Source: Chloroflexota bacterium
GTDB lineage: Bacteria > Chloroflexota > UBA11872
DNA length: 64,000 nt
Assembly: GCA_028874175.1 (NCBI GenBank)
Contig: JAPPLN010000117.1
Coordinates: forward strand, 3,938-67,937
Direction of reading: 5' to 3'
Numbering within the stretch: the stretch's first letter is position 1; each line of letters begins with the position of its first letter. Shown in pieces: positions 37,221 through 48,025 of the stretch. The notes below the pieces were generated by a model. That model had not been told where the DNA came from. It saw nothing but the letters and a program-made list of their open reading frames with translations, and made no database searches. The translations under genes were made by a program, and so were the position numbers.

Positions 37221-38288
37221 TCAGCCTACGGACCGCAGCATCTCTTGCCGGCTACGGGACACGGCCTGCGTGAGGCGGTCAATGATGATGGCGAGAAACA
37301 CGATGGATAGTCCGGCAATCGCACCGTTGCCCGGCTGATTCTTCTGAAGCGCTCGCAGCACGTTATCGCCCAGGCCGCCGGCGGCCACCATGCTGGCGAT
37401 GGTCACCATGGACAGGGCCATCAGGGTGGTCTGGTTGATTCCCGCCATGATTGTCGGCAAGGCCATGGGAATCTGGACTTTCGTCAGTATCTGCATGGGT
37501 GACGCGCCGAACGATCGAACGGCTTCAATCGTCTCGCTTGGAACCTGGCGGATCCCCAGATTCGTCAACCGGATGACCGGCGGTACGGCGTAGATGATCG
37601 TGGCGAAAATTCCGGCTGGCTTTCCCAGGCCGAAGGCCAGGATGCCAGGCAGGAGATAGACGAAGCTGGGCATGGTCTGCATCGCATCCAGAATCGGACG
37701 CATGAGGTTGTCGGAAAGCTGGTTCCGCGAGCCCAGGACCCCCAGCGGTAGGCCGATGAACACGGCAACAGCCACCGCCACCACCATGAGCGCAATGGTG
37801 TCAATCATGTTCTCCCACAGGTCCATGAAGCCGACGAATAGCATCGCCGCCACCGTAAACCCCAACAGCCGCCAACCCCCGACGGCATAGGACAGGAAGC
37901 CAAGGCCAACGATTATTGCCGGCCAGGGCACCCACTTGAGCCCGTTCTCAATCTGAAGCAGCACGGTGTCCACGGCTGTGCTCAATCCGTCGAACAGCCA
38001 GCTGCCGTCCGTGGTAATCCGGGTGACCGCATCGTCGATGGCCCCGCTCGCGACCTCGCGCACGGAGCGATCCAGTGTGATGGAACCGCCCCCCGAGGTC
38101 GGAACCTCCGAACTCGACACCGTCGTCGGAAAGCTCATCTCCGTGCCCCACACCAGCAAGCTCAGGACCAGCACCAGGAGAACCAGCGAGAGCCCGGCCA
38201 GCCAGGCATAGTGGCGCCGAATTACGTGGAGCGGCGTCCGCGACGATGACGTCGTTTCGCCGGGCGGCGCTCCGTCCATTCGAGCCAT
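37221..38288 (-). CDS. opuAB: Glycine betaine/proline ABC transporter permease
   Basis: The OpuAB/ProW-type permease core, including the EAA-like loop region. Confidence 0.9.
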   Translation of the reverse strand: MARMDGAPPGETTSSSRTPLHVIRRHYAWLAGLSLVLLVLVLSLLVWGTEMSFPTTVSSSEVPTSGGGSITLDRSVREVASGAIDDAVTRITTDGSWLFDGLSTAVDTVLLQIENGLKWVPWPAIIVGLGFLSYAVGGWRLLGFTVAAMLFVGFMDLWENMIDTIALMVVAVAVAVFIGLPLGVLGSRNQLSDNLMRPILDAMQTMPSFVYLLPGILAFGLGKPAGIFATIIYAVPPVIRLTNLGIRQVPSETIEAVRSFGASPMQILTKVQIPMALPTIMAGINQTTLMALSMVTIASMVAAGGLGDNVLRALQKNQPGNGAIAGLSIVFLAIIIDRLTQAVSRSRQEMLRSVG

Positions 38289-38290
38289 GC

Positions 38291-39514
38291 TTAAGTCCCC
38301 TGCTCGCCTTCAGCCATTCCAGCGAGCAACGCTCCCGGACGAATCTCACCAAGCAACGCTCGCGTGTCGTCAACGACGGCAATCGGATGCCGTGTCTGCG
38401 CCGCGATTGGAATGATATCTTCGATTAAGGCGTCAGGCGTCGTGGTGGTTGCTGGATCAACTTCCGCGCCTTCCAGGGATCTCCGACGTTCGTCGATGAG
38501 CGCCATCACCCGGTCCTTCGTGAGCACACCTCTCAGCGTGAAATCGCGCCCGATCAGAAACACGGCCTCTTGCCTGTGGCTGTCCATAATGTGCAACGCC
38601 GCGCGTGGCCCTTGCCGTTCGTAAACGACAACGTCAGATTCCTGCATAACCGCTCTGGCTTGAATGACTTTAGCTCGAGATACGTCCTGCACGAATTCAG
38701 TCACATACTCGTCTGACGGCAGCGTGACAATCTCCTCTGGCGAGCCCTCCTGAATGATTTCTCCATCCCTCATCACGGCAATTCGATCGCCGACTTTCAG
38801 GGCTTCATTTAGATCGTGCGTGATAAATACAATGGTCTTTTTCAGCTTGGTTTGCAGCGAGATAAGCTCGTCCTGTAGCTCCCGGCGTATGAGGGGATCG
38901 AGCCCACTGAACGGCTCGTCCATCAGCAGCATGTCGGGATTGACCGCCAGCGCCCGCGCAAGGCCAACACGCTGCTGCATACCACCGCTCATCTCTCTCG
39001 GGCGATAGTCTTCCCAGCCGCCGAGCCCCACGGTTTCTATGCTCTCCATCGACATCTGATAGCGAGTTTCTTTGTCGATTCCTCGTATCTCAAGACCGAG
39101 AGCTACGTTGTCCATCACGGAACGATGCGGCAGCAACCCATAGTTCTGAAACACCATCGCGATCTTCTGACGGCGAAACTCCATCAACTGGCTCGTTGTA
39201 TAGGACAGCACGTCCTCACCATCGATAGATATGCTGCCGCGCGTGGGTTCCACGAGCCTGATCAGGGCGCGTACCAGGGTTGACTTACCGCTGCCCGACA
39301 GCCCCATGACAACAAAGATCTGTCCCTGATCCACGCTGAACGACACGTCGCGAAGGGCAACAACGAGTCCAAGCTCGTCCTGAATCTCACTTCGAGACTT
39401 TGAGCCATAGGCGGCTTCCAGCGCGCGCTCCGGCTTGTTGCCAAAGACCTTCCAGAGTCCGTGCACGTCGACCTGCCGCGCACCCTGGGCCACGTTGGCA
39501 GTGCCGTCACTCAC
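38291..39514 (-). CDS. opuAA: Glycine betaine/proline ABC transporter ATP-binding protein with tandem CBS domains
   Basis: Walker A GLSGSGKST, the ABC signature and Walker B, followed by a C-terminal CBS pair. Confidence 0.9.
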   Translation of the reverse strand: MSDGTANVAQGARQVDVHGLWKVFGNKPERALEAAYGSKSRSEIQDELGLVVALRDVSFSVDQGQIFVVMGLSGSGKSTLVRALIRLVEPTRGSISIDGEDVLSYTTSQLMEFRRQKIAMVFQNYGLLPHRSVMDNVALGLEIRGIDKETRYQMSMESIETVGLGGWEDYRPREMSGGMQQRVGLARALAVNPDMLLMDEPFSGLDPLIRRELQDELISLQTKLKKTIVFITHDLNEALKVGDRIAVMRDGEIIQEGSPEEIVTLPSDEYVTEFVQDVSRAKVIQARAVMQESDVVVYERQGPRAALHIMDSHRQEAVFLIGRDFTLRGVLTKDRVMALIDERRRSLEGAEVDPATTTTPDALIEDIIPIAAQTRHPIAVVDDTRALLGEIRPGALLAGMAEGEQGT

Positions 39515-39838
39515 GACAACACCAGGGCCCGGACAGAAGAATCACGCACGTACGTGCCTGGATACGCACACCTGGGCATCAGCCTCGGCTCGCTCGGGTC
39601 GCCTGAACACTCGCCCGGCGACAGTCTCGTGCACATATCCCAGGTAGCGATCATTGCGCTCCGCCCAATCACATGGGACGCGCCGTTCATACTGCCCCAT
39701 GCGTACCTGGCTGTCATAGGCGGAACCACTCGATCCGCCGGGGAATCGACGCGGGGAAAGCGGCGCGCGTGACAGAATTCAACCGAGCATCCAGTCGCCG
39801 CGCGTGACCCCACCGGCCCTGAGCCGCCGCTGGAGCGC

Positions 39839-40708
39839 ATGATCGTCAGCCAGTCGCCACCACCCAACCACCGGGCCCTGCAGGCCATGGTGGACATGCT
39901 GGCCGATGACGATCCGTCCATTCGTGCCCGCGTCATCGCCCACCTCACCCAGGCCGGCGAGCGCGCCGTCGTTGCGCTGGAGTCCGCCGCGTGCACGGCC
40001 GCGCATCCGGACCGAATCGCGGAAGCGCTAACAGCCATCCACCGCGAAGAGGCCTTGGGAGGACTCGACGGGTTCCGCTCGATGGAGCCGAACGGCCCGG
40101 CCGAAACCGGCGCGCTCCTGGTTGCGCGAGTCATTGACCCCGGCATCGATACCGACGACGTTCTCCGATTCCTCGACAAGCTTGCGGACGCGGCCCCGGA
40201 ACCCATGCGCAACGCCGACCCGCAACAGGCGCTCCAGGCACTGGCCGAATACATGCACGCCGCATGGAGGTTCGACGGCGCTCGTGCGGACTATCCAAAC
40301 CCGGCCAACAGCCTGCTGGATCAGGTCGTCAAGCGCCGCACCGGGCTGCCCATCACCCTTTCCGTCGCCTATCTGGCGGTGGCCGACCGGGTTGGCATGC
40401 CCCTGGAGGGCGTTGGCCTGCCCGCCCATTTCGTCCTGCGCCATCCAGGCGCCCGGGATCGTCCGTACCTCGACCCGTTCAACCGGGCCCGCTTGCTCAA
40501 CCAGGCCGAATGCGAGGAGATCGTGCATACCCACGGCTTCACGCTGCGGCCCGAGCACCTGGCGACCGTGAGTCCGCAGGAAATCGCCGCGCGCATCTGC
40601 CGCAACCTCATCCTGGCCTATCGACGCCAACAGGATTCGCAGCGCGAGGAATTCGCCCGGGAAGCGCATCGGCGCCTGCGACCCGGCCAGGACCTGCTGA
40701 CCGTATGA
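39839..40708 (+). CDS. Transglutaminase-like / SirB1 (UPF0162)-family protein
   Basis: NSLLDQVVKRRTGLPITLSVAYLAVADRVGMPLEGVGLPAHFVLR matches the SirB1 N-terminal/transglutaminase-like core. Confidence 0.6.
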   Translation: MIVSQSPPPNHRALQAMVDMLADDDPSIRARVIAHLTQAGERAVVALESAACTAAHPDRIAEALTAIHREEALGGLDGFRSMEPNGPAETGALLVARVIDPGIDTDDVLRFLDKLADAAPEPMRNADPQQALQALAEYMHAAWRFDGARADYPNPANSLLDQVVKRRTGLPITLSVAYLAVADRVGMPLEGVGLPAHFVLRHPGARDRPYLDPFNRARLLNQAECEEIVHTHGFTLRPEHLATVSPQEIAARICRNLILAYRRQQDSQREEFAREAHRRLRPGQDLLTV

Positions 40709-40780
40709 AGCCGCAGGCCGTTCGACGTGCGGCGCGAAGCCCGGCAACCGCGCATCGGCTGACGGGCTGACGGACGAGCT

Positions 40781-41536
40781 ATGCCCGCCGCCAGCGCCTT
40801 TTACGACTGGCAACTCAGCCTGATCGACGTCCGCGGCGTGTACAGCGCCCTGGACGTGGGCTGTGGTGAGGGGCGGATGACACAGGCCCTGCGCCAGCGG
40901 ACCGCGCCCGGCGCCTGGATTGTGGCCGTGGATCTGCAGCCCGAAGCGGTAGCCGCCACGCGCACTCGACACGCGGTCGATGGGATTCGCGCGAGCATCG
41001 AGTCGCTACCCCTCGCGCCAAGCCAGTTCGAACTCGTAACCGCCGGGCACGTGCTGCCGTCCGCGCCGGACATTCCGCGTGCGGTCAGCGAACTTCGCCG
41101 TGTGCTGGCCCCCGGCGGCGCCCTGCTCGCCAGCGCCGATAGCGAAACGTCCGCGCGGCGGTTGCTCGACTGGCATGTCGAGGCCTGCCAGCGCGCCGGC
41201 CTGACCGATCAGGCCACCCGTGCCGCCGCCCCGTCGGCACGCAGCCGCTTCACGCTTGAGAACGGCGCAGAGGCGCTATTCCGGGCGTTCCGGACGGTTG
41301 ACGTGCAGTTCCGCGATGAAGTGCTGGCCTTCCCGTCGGTGGACGCGCTGCTGAGGCTTTACGTGAACGGGCTCCACCTGCGCGGCGCACCGGCAAGCAG
41401 CGACCCAACCGAAGCTGTCTCGTTAGCGAACAAACTGCAGCCGCACCTTCGCGACCTCGCGTCCGCCGCCGTCGAGCCGGGCGGTCGCCTCCTGGTGCCC
41501 CGCCGGTCCGGCTGCCTCGTCGCTCGGGCCGCGTAG
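40781..41536 (+). CDS. Class I SAM-dependent methyltransferase
   Basis: LDVGCGEGR (motif I) and later VLAPGGALL. Confidence 0.7.
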   Translation: MPAASAFYDWQLSLIDVRGVYSALDVGCGEGRMTQALRQRTAPGAWIVAVDLQPEAVAATRTRHAVDGIRASIESLPLAPSQFELVTAGHVLPSAPDIPRAVSELRRVLAPGGALLASADSETSARRLLDWHVEACQRAGLTDQATRAAAPSARSRFTLENGAEALFRAFRTVDVQFRDEVLAFPSVDALLRLYVNGLHLRGAPASSDPTEAVSLANKLQPHLRDLASAAVEPGGRLLVPRRSGCLVARAA

Positions 41537-41588
41537 TTGTAGACCGCGGAGACGCCCACGTAGGCTCACCCATAAGGAGGCGTCGACC

Positions 41589-42056
41589 ATGTCAGACACA
41601 GCACAGACCGGGGTTGGACAGGCATTCCGAGGACTGGCCGGACTCGCCACGCTTGGCACGCTGCTGGCCACCGTTATCATCACGATTCTCGGTATCGTCG
41701 GCGTCGTTGAGATGGACTGGGTCGTCGCGGACCGGACGATCAGTTTTGCCTACATCGTCGGGATTGGAGCCGTCGCGCTAAGCCCGCTCATCGCAGTCGG
41801 CATTGTGGCGATCAGCTTGGGCAACGCGATTGGAATCGTTGCCGTCGCCGCCGGATATGCCGGTGGCATCATCGCCATCTCCGGTGATTACGCAAGCGGC
41901 ATCATCGCCATCAGCGCCGGCGGTCGTGCCAACGGCATGCTGGTCGGCATCGGCGACGAAGCGCGCGGCCTCATCGCCATCGCCTACTCGGGCCGCAAGA
42001 CAGGGGCGTTCGGGAGTTGGCCAGCCTGGCCTGGCGGCGAGCCTTCGTCCGACTAG
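41589..42056 (+). CDS. Small membrane protein with internal GIIAISGDYASGIIAISAGG repeats
   Basis: A hydrophobic N-terminal half and a repeat that is visible directly. Confidence 0.45.
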   Translation: MSDTAQTGVGQAFRGLAGLATLGTLLATVIITILGIVGVVEMDWVVADRTISFAYIVGIGAVALSPLIAVGIVAISLGNAIGIVAVAAGYAGGIIAISGDYASGIIAISAGGRANGMLVGIGDEARGLIAIAYSGRKTGAFGSWPAWPGGEPSSD

Positions 42057-42271
42057 CCGAGGGACGAGTCGACACGCTCTGATCCCGGCACACTGAACTG
42101 CGCGCCGGGTGTCGCGCGGTGGCCTGAGGCGCGCCCTCCCGGCGGCCAAGCCCGAACGGACTACAATCCGAGCGACGCCGGGGCGCCGGGCGCACGCCTA
42201 CCGGGCGGCATGCGGCGGCGGGCACGGGTTCCGTCGCACGCTGCAACCGTCCGGACCCCCGAACAGGATTT

Positions 42272-44344
42272 ATGTCCACCAGCCGCGCGCTAACAATCGC
42301 CGCAATCGTCGGGACCATTCTGCTGATCCCGGTGCTCGTGATCCTGGCGCTGGGCTTATACGGCTCGTCCATCACCGGCGACTTCCCCCTGGCCGAGGAT
42401 CACGGCCCCGAACTGCAGATCGAACCGCCCAGCGGCGCGGCCGGGTCCGATATCACCATCCGCGGCGTGGACTGGGTGCCGCGAACGCTCGTGCGGGTGG
42501 AGATGATCGTGGCCTCGAGCCGTCCGTCGCTGACCGCTGATGGTCAGATCGACACGGCGCGCATGTCCTCGCCCGCCGTGTACGTCGGCGAGGTAATCGC
42601 CTCACGGGCCGGGACGTTCACGGTGGAGACGCAACTGCCCACCACGCTGCCGCTCACCGCCCACTCAGCCATCAGCTTTCGCGCGGAAGCCAGCTATCGC
42701 GGCGGAGAGTTCGCGGGCGCCTCGGAAACCGAATTCGACGTCATCGCTGGACCCGGCGTCATTGAAGCCACGGTCGTGGACGAGGTGAGCGGCCAACCGC
42801 TCACTCGTGGCTTTGTGGACCTGCTCGGCCTGCGCGGCGATCTGCTGGCCATCCAGCCAATTACGGCCGACGGCACTGCGGCCTTTACCGGGCTGGCCCC
42901 AGGCCAGGGCTACGACGTTCGAGCCCGCGTGCCGGGTTACCAGGCGCTACGGTCCGCCGGGGTCACCGTGTCGGAGACCGAGCCGTCGACCGTGCGCTTT
43001 GAAATGCCGCCCGGATCGGCCGGCCGCATCGTGGCGGGCGGCGTACCTATGGTGGGCGCTCCGGCGTCGACCACGATGGCGGTCATCGATCTACCCTCAC
43101 TGACCCCATTGCCACCGGCGGCGGCCAGCGCCCTGCCGGCGGCGTGGGCCATCGCGTCGGACCCCGACCGTGGACGCGCCTTCACCGTGGACGAAGTCGC
43201 CACGCACGTCGAGGTGATCGAGGCCGACAGCGGTGCCGCGGGGCTGCCGATCCCCCTCACGTTCTCGCTTGAGGTGCGCGTCGTCGACACTGAGGAAGAG
43301 CCGGTGGCCGACGCCTTTGTGCGGCTGTTCTGGAACATTCGCGGCACCCGCGTCTTCGTCAAGTCGGAGCGGACCGACGACCAGGGCCGCATCCGTGTCT
43401 CCGACCTGATTAGCGGCAGCCAGTACCAGTTGTTGGTAACCGCCGAGAACCACTTTCAACCCCTGGGCGAACGTACGACGGTCACGATCGAGCCCAACGT
43501 CATCTCGACCGCCACCGTCGTCATGCGCAGGGAGCCCCGGACTGAACAGAGCCTCTGGTCCGGGGAGCCAAGCAGGGGGTCCGGCGAGCCCGGGTCGGCC
43601 GGCGGCATTGGATCCCTGTTCCGGCTGGCGCCCCTTGCGGGAACCGACCGTGCGCCGGCCACGGCCTTGGTCACCGCTGACATCGCCGTGGAACCGCTGA
43701 ACGGCCGCGTATATGTCACCGGCTCCGACCTCGATCGCGGGCATCTCTTCGTGCTGGACCCTGACACTCGCCAGGTCATCCACGACTGGGAAGTCCCGGC
43801 CGGAGTGGGGGACATCGTGCCGACGGGCGACGGTAAAACCGTCTATCTGGCGAACCGGCCGTTCTCGTCGGTGGCGCGCTTCAACGTGGAAACCGGGGAG
43901 CAGGAAGCGCGGGCCATTGTGCCCTCGTGGCCGGAGGCGCTGCTTCGCGACGCGGCCGGTCGCCTTTTCGTGGCTAGCCTGCGCGACGGCAGCGTCAGTC
44001 GGCTGGACCCTGAAACGCTGGAGGTGCAACAGACTCGCCGCCTGGAGGAAGGCGTGAACCGGCTGGCCGTGGACGAACGCACCTCCACGGTCTTTGCCAG
44101 CAACCTCTGGACCGACACAGTGACCGGCTTGGACGCCGAAACCCTGGACATGCGCTTTCTGTTGCCGGTGGCCAAGTCGCCGCGTGCGGTTGCGCTGGAT
44201 CCCGCCAGCGGGTCGCTGATTGTCGGCAGCGCCGATCAGGGCACCGTGGCGATCTACAGCCCCGAAACGTTCGAACTGGCGCAGGCCCTGCAGCTGCACA
44301 TCCCAATCAATGACATCGTGACCGTCGGGACGGCTGACGCCTGA
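42272..44344 (+). CDS. Membrane-anchored protein with carboxypeptidase-regulatory-like beta-sandwich domains and a C-terminal YVTN-family beta-propeller
   Basis: N-terminal TM helix. Segments such as VIEATVVDEVSGQPLTRGFVDLLG and VRVVDTEEEPVADAFVRLFW match the CarbopepD_reg fold. C-terminal repeats (VYVTGSDLDRGHLFVLD, TVYLANRPFSSVARFN, …) match YVTN. Confidence 0.7.
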   Translation: MSTSRALTIAAIVGTILLIPVLVILALGLYGSSITGDFPLAEDHGPELQIEPPSGAAGSDITIRGVDWVPRTLVRVEMIVASSRPSLTADGQIDTARMSSPAVYVGEVIASRAGTFTVETQLPTTLPLTAHSAISFRAEASYRGGEFAGASETEFDVIAGPGVIEATVVDEVSGQPLTRGFVDLLGLRGDLLAIQPITADGTAAFTGLAPGQGYDVRARVPGYQALRSAGVTVSETEPSTVRFEMPPGSAGRIVAGGVPMVGAPASTTMAVIDLPSLTPLPPAAASALPAAWAIASDPDRGRAFTVDEVATHVEVIEADSGAAGLPIPLTFSLEVRVVDTEEEPVADAFVRLFWNIRGTRVFVKSERTDDQGRIRVSDLISGSQYQLLVTAENHFQPLGERTTVTIEPNVISTATVVMRREPRTEQSLWSGEPSRGSGEPGSAGGIGSLFRLAPLAGTDRAPATALVTADIAVEPLNGRVYVTGSDLDRGHLFVLDPDTRQVIHDWEVPAGVGDIVPTGDGKTVYLANRPFSSVARFNVETGEQEARAIVPSWPEALLRDAAGRLFVASLRDGSVSRLDPETLEVQQTRRLEEGVNRLAVDERTSTVFASNLWTDTVTGLDAETLDMRFLLPVAKSPRAVALDPASGSLIVGSADQGTVAIYSPETFELAQALQLHIPINDIVTVGTADA

Positions 44345-45459
44345 TGGACTGGCGACTTGTGGGCAACGCCCACGCCGTGCGGGCTATCCGGGGCTCGTTG
44401 CGGGCGGGCCGGGCCGCCCAGACCTACCTGATCGCCGGACCGCCGGGCGTTGGACGCCGCACCTTCGCCATCCGGCTGGCGCAGGAGATCTGGTGCGCCG
44501 GTGGACCCGAACCGGTCGAGACGTCCGACGCCTACCAGTTCCTGGACGACGCCAACGCCATGTGGCGAACGGCCGTGCGGCGCGGTCACCCCGACGAAGA
44601 GCGCGATCCCGACAAACTCACGACCGGGGACGGACGGCGCGTGGACCTGCGCTTCGTCCTCACCGCCTACAACGACCTGCACGTGCTGCGCCGGGCCGAT
44701 CACGCGCGGGACATCGTGATCGACGGCGTGCGCGAATGGGGCGCCGGGCTGTACCGCACTCCGGCCACTCAACCCATGCGCATCGGCCTGATCGACGCGG
44801 CGCACGAGATCAACGCGCTGGCCGCCAACGCGCTATTGAAAACGCTGGAGGAGCCGGGCGCGCATGCCATCCTGATCCTGATTGCGCCCCGAGCCGCCGA
44901 CGTGCTGCCAACGATCGTGTCCCGCTGTCGCGTCATCGAACTGGGTCCCGTGCCGGCAGCCGAAATCGCGGCGCATCTGACCGCGAACTACTCGCTGTCC
45001 CCCGACACGGTGGGCCGGATCGCGCGAGCGGCCCGCGGACGACCCGGCTGGGCGATCCGCATGGCGCGCGACTCGGAGGCTTGGGCGGCCTACCAGGGCG
45101 CCCGCCATGAGGCCTCAGCCTTCGAGGAAGCGCTCGTGCCCGCGCGCTTTCGGGCCGTGGATGGCCTGCTGCCGCGTGGCCGCATGGTGGCGCAGACCAA
45201 TGAGGCCCTGGCCTGGTTGGGAACAGTCGAGGAAACACAGTCGCATACACTGCGCTCGGCGATGCGGGGCCATCCGCGCGGCGCTCCCGCCGAGCGTCGG
45301 GCGGCCCTGGCGGGTGCCGTAGGGCGCTTGACCCGGCTGCGCGAAACGCAGCGGGCGCTGATCGCCAACGTCTCGCCGCGGCTCGCGCTGGAAGATCTGG
45401 CCCTGCGGCCAGAGCCCGACCCGGGCGACGCGCAAGGAGGTGGTCGTGGTCGCCGCTGA
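44344..45459 (+). CDS. holB: DNA polymerase III delta' subunit
   Basis: TYLIAGPPGVGRRTFAIRLA, NALLKTLEEP and TIVSRCR motifs. The start overlaps the upstream stop (TGATG). Confidence 0.85.
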   Translation: MDWRLVGNAHAVRAIRGSLRAGRAAQTYLIAGPPGVGRRTFAIRLAQEIWCAGGPEPVETSDAYQFLDDANAMWRTAVRRGHPDEERDPDKLTTGDGRRVDLRFVLTAYNDLHVLRRADHARDIVIDGVREWGAGLYRTPATQPMRIGLIDAAHEINALAANALLKTLEEPGAHAILILIAPRAADVLPTIVSRCRVIELGPVPAAEIAAHLTANYSLSPDTVGRIARAARGRPGWAIRMARDSEAWAAYQGARHEASAFEEALVPARFRAVDGLLPRGRMVAQTNEALAWLGTVEETQSHTLRSAMRGHPRGAPAERRAALAGAVGRLTRLRETQRALIANVSPRLALEDLALRPEPDPGDAQGGGRGRR

Positions 45460-46462
45460 TGCGCCCGCCAGGACTGCACGCCCCATTGGAGTCCGTTTTC
45501 GCCGCGCCGGCCGCCTGTACTACTTCGACCCCGGCGACGCCGAACTCGCGGTCGGCGACTACGCCATCGTCGAGACGCCTCGCGGCCTCACCGCCGCGCG
45601 CGTGGTCATGCCTGCTACCGAGGTCAATCTTGACGACCTGCGCGGCGAGCTGAAGCCGATCGTCCGGCGGGCCACCGACGACGACCTCGTCAGCATGACC
45701 AACTACCGCAAGGAGGAAGTCGAGGCTGAGCGCGCGTTCGCCAAGGCCATCATGACGAGCCGGCTGCCGATGCAGGCGGTGAAAGCGGAATACACCTTCG
45801 ATGGCGCGACGCTAACGCTGCACTTCTCGTCGCGCGACGCGAGGCTCGAATTAGGCGACCTGGTGGCCGAGATGGCCGCCCGCTTCCGCACGCGCGTGGA
45901 GCTGCGGCAGGTCGGCCCGCGCGAGAGGGCCGCCATGCGGACCGGCATGGGGCGCTGCGGCCGCGAGCTGTGCTGCGCGACGTTCCTGTCGGAGCTGGAC
46001 ACCGTGTCGATGCGGATGGCGAAGGACCAGAACCTGCCGCTGAATCCGGACAAGATCTCCGGCGCCTGCGGGCGGTTGCTCTGTTGCTTGCAATACGAGC
46101 ACGCCGGGTACGTGGAGGACAAGTTGGCCGCGGAGCAGGCGCAGGGCGGGGGCGGCTGCGCCACCAGCGGCGCGTGCGATAGCTGTGGGGTGCACGAACT
46201 GAAGGATGTGCTGGGCCAGGCGGTGGCGCCGGGCCACGAGCCGGAGCCGAAGCCGGAAGCGTCGGAGCCGGAGCCTGAGCGAGCGGAGCCGCGACGGACT
46301 GGCAGCCAGCGGACGGCCCGTGGACGGAAGGCTCGGGGCGAGGCGTCGGAATCCGGCGAGGCCGGCTCGGGGCAGGAGGCCAAGCCTGCCAGCCCGCGGT
46401 CCCGCCGGCGTGCCCGCAGGCGGCGCCGCGGACGGATGCGGCAGCGGCCGCAGGCCAACTAA
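45446..46462 (+). CDS. PSP1 C-terminal domain protein (YaaT/RicT family)
   Basis: IGVRFRRAGRLYYFDPGDAELAVGDYAIVETPRG…CGRELCCATFL…CGRLLCCLQYE. The GTG start at 45446 has an AAGGAGG RBS; the ORF-track start is 45440. Confidence 0.8.
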   Translation: MVAADAPARTARPIGVRFRRAGRLYYFDPGDAELAVGDYAIVETPRGLTAARVVMPATEVNLDDLRGELKPIVRRATDDDLVSMTNYRKEEVEAERAFAKAIMTSRLPMQAVKAEYTFDGATLTLHFSSRDARLELGDLVAEMAARFRTRVELRQVGPRERAAMRTGMGRCGRELCCATFLSELDTVSMRMAKDQNLPLNPDKISGACGRLLCCLQYEHAGYVEDKLAAEQAQGGGGCATSGACDSCGVHELKDVLGQAVAPGHEPEPKPEASEPEPERAEPRRTGSQRTARGRKARGEASESGEAGSGQEAKPASPRSRRRARRRRRGRMRQRPQAN

Positions 46463-46466
46463 CGCC

Positions 46467-46494
46467 CCGCGGCCCCCGTTGCCGGGGGCCGCGG
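46467..46494. terminator. 11-bp perfect GC stem CCGCGGCCCCC-GTTGCC-GGGGGCCGCGG between convergent yaaT and glnA; a bidirectional terminator candidate
   Basis: Read directly. It starts 5 nt after the yaaT stop. Confidence 0.55.
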
Positions 46495-46516
46495 AAGATG
46501 AAGCTGAGGCTAGACC

Positions 46517-47959
46517 TTAGGCGTCGTAGTAGAGCATGAACTCGTACGGGTGCGGCCGCAGGTTGACCTCGTCGGCCTCGCGGGTGCGCTTGTATTCCAG
46601 CCAGGTGTCGATGACGTCCTGGGTGAACACGTCGCCAACCAGCAGGAACTCGTGGTCGGCTTCCAGCGCGTCCAGCACCTCGTAGAGCGAGCCCGGAACC
46701 GACTGGATCTTGGCCGCTTCCTCGGGTTCCAACTCGTACAGGTCCATGTCGGCCGGCGGGGGCGGCTCGATCTTGTTGCGGATACCGTCCAGCCCGGCCA
46801 TCAGCAGAGCGGCGAACGCCAGATAGGGGTTCGCCGTCGGGTCGGGCGGGCGGAACTCCACGCGCCGCGCCGCCGGACTGCTGGAGTACGTCGGAATGCG
46901 AATGCAGGCGCTGCGGTTTCGCATGGAGTAGACCAGGTTGACCGGCGCCTCGAACCCGGGCACCAGGCGCCGGTACGAGTTGGTGGTTGGCGCCGCGAAT
47001 GCCAGCAACGACGGCGCGTGCCGCAGCAGGCCGCCGATGTAGTGACGTGCCGTCTCGCTCAACATGGCGTAGCCGGTTTCGTCGTAGAACAGCGGCGTGC
47101 CGTCCTTCCAGAGACTCTGGTGGACATGCATGCCCGACCCGTTGTCGCCGAAGATCGGCTTGGGCATGAAGGTGACCGTGTAGCCAGCCTTCTGCGCCAC
47201 GTTCTTGACGATGTACTTGTACAGCATGATCCCGTCGGCGGACTTGACCAGCGGCGCGTACACCAGGTCGATCTCGGCTTGACCGGCGGTGGCGACCTCG
47301 TGGTGGTGAACCTCGACGTCAAGGCCAACCTCGCCTAGCGCCAGCACCATCTGCGTGCGCAGATCCTGCAGCTTGTCGTTTGGCGGGACCGGGAAGTAGC
47401 CCATCTTGTGGCGTGGACGGTGGCCCAAGTTGGCCACGTGCATGTCGTCGGCACCGGTGTTCCAGACGCCTTCCTCACTGTCGATGAAGAAGTAGCCGGC
47501 GTTGGCCGTCTGGTCATAGCGGATGCTGTTGAAGATGAAGAACTCGGCCTCCGGACCCCAATAGCTGGTGTCGGCGATGCCGCTGTCGATCAGGTGCTGC
47601 TCGGCCTTCTTGGCGATGTTGCGCGGGTCGCGCGTGTACGACTCGCCGGTGATCGGGTCGCGGATGTCGCAGGACATCACCAGGGTCGGCACTTCCGGAA
47701 TCGGGTCCACGAATGCGGTGGCCGGATCCGGCACCACCAACATGTCGCTTTCCTGGATCTGCTGGAAGCCGCGGACGCTGGAACCGTCGAAGCCGAGGCC
47801 GTCGTCGAAGAGATCTTCTTCGAGCTTGTCGATCGGCAACGAGAAATGCTGCCAGGTGCCCGGCAGGTCCGTGAACCGGAGGTCGAAAATCCGGCAGTCG
47901 GCGTCGCGCGCCTTGCGCATGACGCTCTGGATGAGATCGTCTCGAGAGGGCTCAGACAT
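46517..47959 (-). CDS. glnA: Glutamine synthetase type I
   Basis: N-terminus [19 protein letters not shown], the GSI ATP-binding and catalytic regions, and a GAGGAG RBS. Confidence 0.95.
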   Translation of the reverse strand: MSEPSRDDLIQSVMRKARDADCRIFDLRFTDLPGTWQHFSLPIDKLEEDLFDDGLGFDGSSVRGFQQIQESDMLVVPDPATAFVDPIPEVPTLVMSCDIRDPITGESYTRDPRNIAKKAEQHLIDSGIADTSYWGPEAEFFIFNSIRYDQTANAGYFFIDSEEGVWNTGADDMHVANLGHRPRHKMGYFPVPPNDKLQDLRTQMVLALGEVGLDVEVHHHEVATAGQAEIDLVYAPLVKSADGIMLYKYIVKNVAQKAGYTVTFMPKPIFGDNGSGMHVHQSLWKDGTPLFYDETGYAMLSETARHYIGGLLRHAPSLLAFAAPTTNSYRRLVPGFEAPVNLVYSMRNRSACIRIPTYSSSPAARRVEFRPPDPTANPYLAFAALLMAGLDGIRNKIEPPPPADMDLYELEPEEAAKIQSVPGSLYEVLDALEADHEFLLVGDVFTQDVIDTWLEYKRTREADEVNLRPHPYEFMLYYDA

Positions 47960-48025
47960 TGCGGTGCCGCTCCTCGCGTTGGCAGCCCACCCGCCTCCTG
48001 CGGCCTGACCTGCCGGCTATATATG

